NCBI GenBank assembly: GCA_964016885.1 | Contig: OZ024741.1 | Span: 365,676,001 to 365,740,000, forward strand | Reading direction: 5' to 3' | Source of the DNA: Eledone cirrhosa | Lineage: Eukaryota | DNA length: 64,000 nt | Shown: one piece after another, positions 55,264 through 64,000 of the stretch | How the letters are laid out: every line of letters starts with the position of its first letter | Position numbering within the stretch: position 1 is the first letter of the stretch | The notes under the pieces: generated by a model | Told to the model about the DNA's origin: nothing | Databases searched by the model: none | The model's input: the letters and a program-made list of their open reading frames with translations, nothing else | Position numbers and translations under genes: made by a program

Positions 55264-55265
<2 letters not shown>
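52246..55265. mobile_element. Retrozyme-like array: 466-bp HHR-containing monomers, about 3 on the minus strand and about 3.5 on the plus strand
   Basis: Period 466 (52248, 52714, 53180; 53799, 54265, 54731; last unit 464); near-identical units; inversion at 53628-53635; (TA)n at both ends; no coding potential recognised. Confidence 0.9.
53999..54043 (+). ncRNA. Minimal type I hammerhead ribozyme; six copies (minus 52470-52514, 52936-52980, 53402-53446; plus 53999-54043, 54465-54509, 54929-54973)
   Basis: aatattg-CTGATGA-gttgt aaca acaac-GAAA-ctag-TT-caatatt; intact core, perfect stems I and II, palindromic stem III (AACTAGTT), GUU triplet. Confidence 0.92.
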
Positions 55266-55334
<69 letters not shown>

Positions 55335-56550
55335 TTTACATACAAACATCCATACATATATAAGATATATACTCACATACACACATATATATACATATCT
55401 ACATACATGCATACCGGATTTTAGACATCATATTTATTATTATTACTATATATATATATATATATATATAATGTTTCCACTTACGCTGGTAACATTTCCT
55501 TATATAGCAAATATTTTATATGCCGGAAGAATTCATACTCGTCACAAAGTCTAATGTTAGTGATGCATCATATATATGTGATATATGTGATTCAGCAAAA
55601 CACAGAATAATAATTTCAGTGGTAGAGCCGGGGAAATAATTCTGAGATTACAATAACAAAACACGATAGGAAGTAAAGTAATTGAATGCAAAATAAGCTA
55701 AGACTATCTTTCGAAGGTAATAGTAAGCGATGCCATTATGCAGCGAGGTTTAAAGGAAATGATTGAAATAAGTGATTAAATATATAATAATTAAGTAATT
55801 AATTAAATGATTAATAATAATGAAAAATGAAAAAAATAAATATAGATGAAATATTAACGAATCTGTGGTTAAATACATATTAATGTAATTGTATAATTGA
55901 TATTTACATAAATAAATAAGTGTCTGAATAATTAAAGATATAGATAACTGAATAAATAAAGTGTTGGATGAAATAGATAATTAAATAAATATGTGGTTGA
56001 TTAATGAGACTTTGCAAGGAAGAAGCATAACTGTGGTGGTACTCAGGGCTAAATAAGGAGGAACAGCTCAAAGGGCTGCCGTGTGCTTGCGTGATATTAC
56101 ATGTTTTAATGAATAGGACTCCGTAGGTTTCCAGGATGAGTGTTCCAATTGTTTGATCAAAGAACCTCCTCGTAAGGATTATAGGGAAGGCGGTTGAGTA
56201 TTCCACAGACACGTGGTCATTTAATGTAATCTTCAGGGAAATTCAGGTAAGCCAACGCGTCAGAAGTTTGACTCTTCAATCGCACCTACAGTCTGTCTGG
56301 CATTATAGCATAACTGGTTGAATATTCCAAATGTATGTATCTGTCAATCTCTCTCTTTCTCTCTCTCTCACACTCTCACTCTCTCCACACACATACACAC
56401 ATGTGTGTGTGTGTCTGTGCGAGTGTGTGTTTGAGTATGTATGTATATATATATATATATAACAAATAGGTTATCGCTCTACATGTCAGTAGAACGACCC
56501 CGTCATTCTTGGTCTTGTATTGGCAGGTAAACACACCAACACACACACAC

Positions 56551-56625
<75 letters not shown>

Positions 56626-56924
56626 TAACAGATTAAAGTTTAAGCAAAGAATCGCTGCTAAGATCCCGTTAAGGGTGAAAGACCCGATTCTTTGCTTAAA
56701 CATTAATCTGTTATTTTAATAAATATTTGTTCTAGGGTTATTATATATTTGATATATATATATTTATCCTTATTGAGACTTCTTTGAATTTTAGTCCTCA
56801 AATGTATTATTATTACTATATATAAATATAAATATAAATATATATATCTATATATATTAGAAAGTGAGGTTTTTTTACAAAATGAAAAATAACCGAGGTG
56901 TCCTACACGAGTGAAAGTATAAAG

Positions 56925-57840
56925 AAAAAAAGATGAAATCGAAAATGCAACTGGAGTCTTATTTAATAATTATATATATATATTTATTTGGTTCCCTTAC
57001 CGGTTTCGCAGTTCTTCTGCTTTTTAAAAGTAGATTTGAGATGGAGGTTCTGTGGTTTATCTCACATCTGGTTGGTCTTTGAATGTTACTTGTTTTATAT
57101 GGAAAAAAGTGGCTCGAAATGTCAGGTTTTTAGAGAAGTAATTTGATTGATTAGTCAAAAAGTAGAAAAAAAAGCCTTCTTGAAGCACTTTTTTAAAGTA
57201 AAAAGAAATTCAGACAAACTTACGCGAAAGCTGATATACTTATTCATGTGACTACATCAACCAACCAAACTTCACTCATATATGAAAAAACAACCTGCTA
57301 TATTCACTGAACAAGAACAATTCTCCCATCCCATTTCTCTTGACCATTATCTTTTGTTTGTTATAAGATTCTCTAAAAGGCTACAAAATAAATTCCAAAA
57401 TACGGGCGCGAAATTTAATGAACTTGTTCACGTGACAGCCATAATTTCATTTATAACCAATCAAATTACATTTATTTAAAAAAAAGCATTCGTGAGCCCC
57501 TTTTTTTAAGTAAAAAAAAATTCAAACACTCATATATGAAAAAACAACCCCCTCCCCCCTTGTTTGAAGATCTTTGTAACGCCAACTGGTGCCATATTTA
57601 TTATACTTATTGACCAACCAATAAAATTACTTCTCTAAAAACATGGCGTTTCGAGCCACTTTTTTCCATATAAAACAAATAACATTCAAAGACCAACCAG
57701 ATGTAAGAAAAACCACAGACCCTCCATCTCAACTCTACTTCTAAAAAGCAGAAGAACTGCGAAACCGGTAAAGGAACCAAATAAATATATATATATTTTT
57801 TTAAATAGGACTCCAGTTGCAATTTCGATTTCATCTTTTC
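56925..57840. repeat. Fold-back repeat between microsatellites, probable PLE-end relic
   Basis: About 56928-57160 is the diverged reverse complement of about 57610-57840; contains gcgaaaccggta (GAAA-palindrome-TA) but no clear CTGANGA. Confidence 0.65.
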
Positions 57841-57971
<131 letters not shown>

Positions 57972-58277
57972 GTGGGGTATTTCAGGCAGATCAAGTATGT
58001 TAAAGAAATGTCACTGGATAATAATATCGATGCATGGAAACTGATTATTCTTGAATGGGTTGGTGATTATAAAATGTGGTTGCTACAGCTCTATGCACCC
58101 AGGAGCAATATATATTTTATTTTTCGATAGATTTTCTCTCTGATTCAATGAAACTGTTGCAAATACGTAAATATAAGCACTGCTTTCATATTTTGTATAC
58201 ATCTTAGTAACTGTTTGAATAAGTGATAAATATATATATATATGCGTGGTGTGCTTATACAAAAATATATAGGTATG

Positions 58278-58353
<76 letters not shown>

Positions 58354-58540
58354 AAAAAGTATGACTCCGACGGCAGAGCTCAAGCCGTTTCGACGGCTAT
58401 TTCAGTTCAAAAATAGCCGTCGAAACGGCTTGAGATCTGACGTCGGGGTCATACTTTTTCCTATTACCCACTCTACTACCGTAAGTATTGAGTACTCTGG
58501 TGCGTTATGCTCCATCTGGTTCCTTACCACAATTCCTTCG

Positions 58541-58674
<134 letters not shown>

Positions 58675-59175
58675 ATACTTTGGGAGGGTCATGTTGCCAA
58701 TAAGAAACACACGCACCAGTTGCTTTCACTTCAATTTATTATATATTTATAAATTTATAAATTTACAAATTTACAAACTTATAAATTTCTGGTTGGTTGG
58801 TAGGTTCCACAACCAGATAGTTGTTTATATATAGTCATATATTCGTCACACACTCTGTGACCTCTTCAGTGACTGTGGATTCCTTTCTTTGTTTCTGTGC
58901 CTTTCCTTTCTTCTATCCTACGCCATTTTGTTTCTGTGTGTGTGTTGTGTGCTCAGTTTGCGCATGCGCCACATCCGGGTGTCTGTGTGTGTTTGTGTTC
59001 ATTTATCTATTTGTTTATTTATTTATTTATTTATTGTTGGTTGGTTGTTTGTTCTATGTGTGTGTGTGTTTTCATTTTGTCCTGTGTGTGTTTTCATTTT
59101 GTCCTTAATTGTAAGTTGTTTGTTCTATGTGTGCGTGTGTTTTCATTTTGTCCTGTGTGTGTTTTCATTTTGTCC

Positions 59176-62100
59176 TTAATTGTAAGTTGTGATGTTGCTG
59201 TTCCACTCATATTTTCTATTTAATTTTGGTTTTAATTCTTTTATGCTTACTGCCTCTGTAATTTGCCTAAACATTGCGTCTTTTCTGTGTGTGGATTCTA
59301 TTTTTATTTCTATGTTCTCTAATCTACCCCTGTGTTCTATCTTAGCATGTTGGTAGAGCACAGATGATTCTTTATTATCTTGGAGGTCTCGCCAGTGTTC
59401 ATTTATTCGTTCCCCTATACTACGAGCTGTCTCACCTATGTACACTATATTTTTGTTTCTACATTGTCCTTCAGTACATCTTATGCTATACACTACATTT
59501 CTAGTTTTACAGTTAATATGGGGGCTTATTTTACAGGTTATACATTTCTTATCTATACATGAGGGTCTTTGGAACGGGTATGTCTTGCTAATAAGTGTTT
59601 TTACGGAGGTACCTGGTCTTTCTACTATCTTAATATTGAGATTATGTTTATTTAGGGCCCTTCTAAATTTGTAGGCTAGTTCGCCTCTAGGGGTTGTGTT
59701 GATGAACATTACACTCTGGTATTTATTGCTATCATACCATGAGTTTATACCATGAGTTTATTCTATTGGCCTTGTTCCTAGTTCTTTCTATTCTATTCCA
59801 AAATTTGCTCCTATACAAGGGGCAGGTCCCATTTATGTCATTATTTACCATATTTTCCCATTTGGTTCTGGCTCCTTTATACACTCTGATTCTATCTCTC
59901 TGATTGTAGCCAGAGAACTGCATACGGTGGATGAAGTGTTGTATGTGTCTCTCTAGTTCTTCGGGGTTGCACATGCGGGACACATTTCTCATCACCCGTA
60001 CCAAATCCGCAATCAGTATGTTGATTTTGGTATGGTCCGAAATGGCCGAGTTTCGGTGGATCAGATGTTTGGAAGTCATGGGTTTGGCATAATGGGAATG
60101 GTGGATTTGTTTTTGGTTGTTAATGGTATCTAACCAGAGCTCTGTGTCTAGTACAGGTAATCGATGGTTGGGGTGTCTACTTGGGTAGTCTATAGTAACT
60201 CTAATGCTCTGGTGGATGGAGTTTGCTATTTGCTGGATGCTTTCCATTGTGTTTTTCTCTAGTTCCTGACTGTTCTTTAGTGGGGGTGTCTTAACTACGA
60301 TGTTTATATCATCTACGTAGCGGGAGTACATTATCAGGGTTAAGTTGTCTTCTAAATGTTCTTTAAGTTTATGTTTAAGTCTACTGTCCCACCATACCAT
60401 GAATAAGTTAGCTATGTCGCCTGCAATGCTAACACCAATGGCTGCTCCTTCCTCTTGGGCATATGTTTTACCATTAAATTTGAACATATGTTCCTTAAGG
60501 GTTAATTTTATGCTGGCCCCTACGCATGTGCAATCATTTTCTTCAGTTCATCATGGTTTTCGGGTGTCCGTATGGTTCTGGTCCACCCGTTCCATCTATC
60601 TGTGTGGGTTTTCTTGGCCATTGAGGTAATGGTAGGTGGTCTGCCTCTTGCTGGTCTTGTAGGGCACAGGTTGCTAAGGTCATAAGTGTCTAGGTAACTA
60701 TTACTATGGGTAAGCTTAAGTAGAAGTCCCAGCTCACTGGTATCAATCCCACGGAACTCAACCTTGCTCTCGCTGATCATTTCTACGCATTTCTCCACAG
60801 CAAAATCCACGTCAATAGATGGATACAGGGACACAACATCCATACTGCCTATTATGCAGTTTGTTAGGTCCCCATATCGGTTACCCGCGCCGATTCTGCT
60901 GAGGAGGTCCTCCGTGCTGTCACATACATCTGGGGACATCTCAATGATGGGGCGTATGATCAGGGAGAGGAAGTAGGACAGTCTGTAGTTACTAGCAATG
61001 TTAGCCCCATAGACTGGCCGTGTTGGTGGTCCCGCGACAGGGTCCCAGCCCGTTTTATGCTCTTTTCGAAGCCCATACAACGCCGGCACGTCATTGTTCC
61101 AGGCCTGGAAGTTGTTGGCAGTCCTTTTGTTGGGCTGCATTATATTCGTCCACATCACCATATGGGCATTGAGGGCTTTTTCTCTATCCTCATGCTCCTG
61201 TGGTGTTACCTCTCTTGTGTTAGTGATGTGGGGTTGCATTGCCTGGATGTAGTTTGGCAGGCTGTCAACCGACATTCTGCCAGACTTGTCTGTTGGAAAA
61301 CATGCTATCTCTCCATTACGCGAGCGCTGCATGAGCTTACGCAAGCCATTTGCAGATTTTTCTCCCAGTTGCTGGGCCTCTATTCTATTATGCTTCTTGC
61401 TATACTGTTCTATAATATTTCTAAGTTCGGATTTAGCTATACTAAATTGTGCTTCTGTTTGTTCATCGACCTGCGACGGCAACTGCGTGCGTTTGTTAAA
61501 TGGCAAAGTCGTGGCGTGGACTCGTCGTAGGTCGAATGATTTATCGGAGGGGTTATAAAACGGAGAGTTCCAGGCTGCTGCTTTATGTGTACTAGTGCTA
61601 TTATTATTGCTAGTTGTGTTGTTTCTATTTCTATTTCCACCAACAGCCTCATGGTTGTTTCTATGCCTCTCATAATTACTCTTGTCTCTTTCCACTGGCT
61701 CAATGTTGTTATCTACCCTATTTTGTGCGTCTGTGTGTTCGTCTTGGTTATTCTCTTTGTCCTTAGTCTCCCATCTCCTTTTCCTTTTAATCATATTACT
61801 TTCTCTTATTTCTCTGATTTCTGTGCTACTGTCATTACTTGTTTTCTGTGTCTGTGTGTTTGTTAAGATTGTGGTGGTGGTGAGAGGCATTGAATGCGTG
61901 TGTGTTGTTGTTGTTGATGTGTGTTGTTGTTGATGTGTGTTGTTGTTGTCTCCGTGTGTGTTATCGTTGTTGTGTGTGTTGTTATTGTTGTTTGTGTCTG
62001 CGTGTCTGTTGTTGTTGTTGTATCTGGGTATGTTGCTATTGTTGTTGTTCTTGATGTGTGTGTTGTTGTTATTGTTGTCTACGTGTGTGTTATCGTTGTT

Positions 62101-63009
62101 GTGTGTGTTGTTATTGTTGTTTGTGTCTGCGTGTCTGTTGTTGTTGTATCTGGGTATGTTGCTATTGTTGTTGTTGTTGATGTGTGTGTTGTTGTTATTG
62201 TTGTTTGTGTCTGTGTGTCTGTTGTTGTTGGGATGAGTGTTGTATATGTGTGTGCGTATATTGTTGCTTTTGTTTTTGATGCTGCAGCGTAGTTTAGTAA
62301 ATGATTTTTCTATTTCTGACAGACAACTAATCATATTTACCTCCTTGAATGTCGCAAATTTGGGCGGCAGACATAACACAGACATTTCATTATTATCTAT
62401 TTCCGAGTTTCCATAAATGTTGGTATTTTCGTTGTTGAACTCTTCTGATAATGAGGTGTCGGCCATGTTGATACCGTCAATTTTGTCGGGATATCTATTG
62501 GTATACTCTATAGTATCCCGATTTAGCTTTGCCTGTTTAAGCCACTTTAGTTTCCTGTTGAAGTGCTTATCACATTCTTGAGTAATGTACTGTTCTTCGG
62601 GGCGTATAAGGCTTATAAATATTAGTTTTTCTGTTGGTGTGGTGATTTTAGCTATTTCTTGTATTAGGTTACGCTTTTGTTTTTCTTGGTGACTTAATTC
62701 TCTATAGATCTTCTTTTTTATGTTTAGAATTAAAGTTCGTTTTAGCCTATCTGCTTGTTTTTTGGTGAGTTGTAATCTTCTAACGTCGGTATTGATGGTG
62801 TTGGTGTAGATTCTAGAAGTGGTGCACATTTTTATGAAGTGTAGTTGTCGAGATGTTATGGTTTTTCGTAGACAACAGAACATGGTGGTTTTCAGTATCT
62901 TGTTAGCCTGGCTAAGGCTTACGATATTTCGTTTCTGAATTTGTTTAGCAAGATTCTTTATCTGAAATCGTGTGTTGAAACCGATATTGTTATACTTTGG
63001 GAGGGTCAT
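59176..63009 (-). CDS. PLE polyprotein (Asn-rich N-terminal insert, RT, GIY-YIG), broken by a 1-bp deletion and a 13-bp duplication
   Basis: PTDKSGR, LYGLRKEHK, PTRPV, SMDVVSLYPSI, QEEGAAIG, YSRYVDD, LPVLD, CITC, VVY...VYIGET, RQITEA. Frameshifts near 60522 (HA/VGASIKLTLKEHMFK) and at 59734-59759 (ataccatgagttt twice). Confidence 0.9.
61915..62235 (-). repeat. In-frame AAC/CAC-rich coding minisatellite
   Basis: Repeated NNNNTH...NIPRYNNNRHADT units within the 837-aa ORF. Confidence 0.88.
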
Positions 63010-63133
63010 GTTGCCAATAAGAAACACACGCACCAGTTGCGTTCACTTCAATTTATTATAAATTTACAAATTTACAAACTTATAAATTTCTGGTTGGTTG
63101 TTTGGTTCCACAACCAGATAGTTGTTTATATAT

Positions 63134-63178
63134 AGTCATAGTCCTTTCGTCACACACTCTTTGACTTCTTCAGTGACT
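63134..63178 (-). ncRNA. Minimal type I hammerhead ribozyme in the upstream pseudo-LTR (damaged copy at 58833-58874)
   Basis: Reverse complement: agtca-CTGAAGA-a gtca aagagtgtg tgac-GAAA-ggac-TA-tgact. Confidence 0.78.
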
Positions 63179-64000
63179 GGGGATTCCTTTCTTTGTTTCT
63201 GTGCCTTTCCTTTCTTCAATCCTACGCCATTTTGTTTCTGTGTGTGTGTTGTGTGCTCAGTTTGCGCATGCGCCACATCCGGGTGTCTGTGTGTGTTTGT
63301 GTTCATTTATCTATTTGTTTATTTATCTATTTATTTATTGTTGGTTGGTTGTTTGTTCTATGTGTGTGTGTGTTTTCATTTTGTCCTGTGTGTGTTTTCA
63401 TTTTGTCCTTAATTGTAAGTTGTTTGTTCTATGTGTGCGTGTGTTTTCATTTTGTACTGTGTGTGTTTTCATTTTGTCCTTAATTGTAAGTTGTGATGTT
63501 GCTGTTCCACTCATATTTTCTATTTAATTTTGGTTTTAATTCTTTTATGCTTACTGCCTCTGTAATTTGCCTAAACATTGCGTCTTTTCTGTGTGTGGAT
63601 TCTATTTTTATTTCTATGTTCTCTAATCTACCCCTGTGTTCTATCTTAGCATGTTGGTAGAGCACAGATGATTCTTTATTATCTTGGAGGTCTCGCCAGT
63701 GTTCATTTATTCGTTCCCCTATACTACGAGCTGTCTCACCTATGTACACTATATTTTTGTTTCTACATTGTCCTTCAGTACATCTTATGCTATACACTAC
63801 ATTTCTAGTTTTACAGTTAATATGGGGGCTTATTTTACAGGTTATACATTTCTTATCTATACATGAGGGTCTTTGGAACGGGTATGTCTTGCTAATAAGT
63901 GTTTTTACGGAGGTACCTGGTCTTTCTACTATCTTAATATTGAGATTATGTTTATTTAGGGCCCTTCTAAATTTGTAGGCTAGTTCGCCTCTAGGGGTTG

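Noticed and set aside
59734-59759. Programmed frameshift between RT and GIY-YIG in the 58.7-64 kb PLE
   Set aside because: An exact 13-bp tandem duplication explains it; removing one copy restores RINSWYDSNKYQSVMFINTTP.

Overview
AT-rich, microsatellite-dense animal genomic DNA made almost entirely of transposable elements. The tRNA-derived Deu/Nin-domain SINE and the repeat landscape suggest an octopus or other cephalopod (inference). No host gene can be called with confidence; there is one candidate 177-nt exon. Most short ORFs in the track are translations of (TA)n/(CA)n/(CATA)n tracts. Recognisable autonomous elements: two R4/Dong-clade non-LTR retrotransposons in (CATA)n tracts, a near-intact Naiad-like Penelope-like element (PLE) at 25.9-30.1 kb with identical-looking 475-bp pseudo-LTRs, and a second near-intact GIY-YIG PLE at 58.7-64 kb. 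Also present: RTE LINE fragments, non-autonomous Helitrons and two hAT transposase relics. The main hidden signal is RNA: more than 20 type I hammerhead ribozyme (HHR) motifs from roughly ten families, read by eye. The highlight is a 3-kb array of 466-bp, highly structured, HHR-bearing monomers (retrozyme-like) at 52.2-55.3 kb. It has two divergent arms joined at an 8-bp microhomology. A diverged sister family (31.3 kb, 22.8 kb) shares the HHR, the terminal hairpin and, at 31.3 kb, an ATGCAAAT octamer. Boundaries are manual estimates, and no folding, alignment or database search was run.
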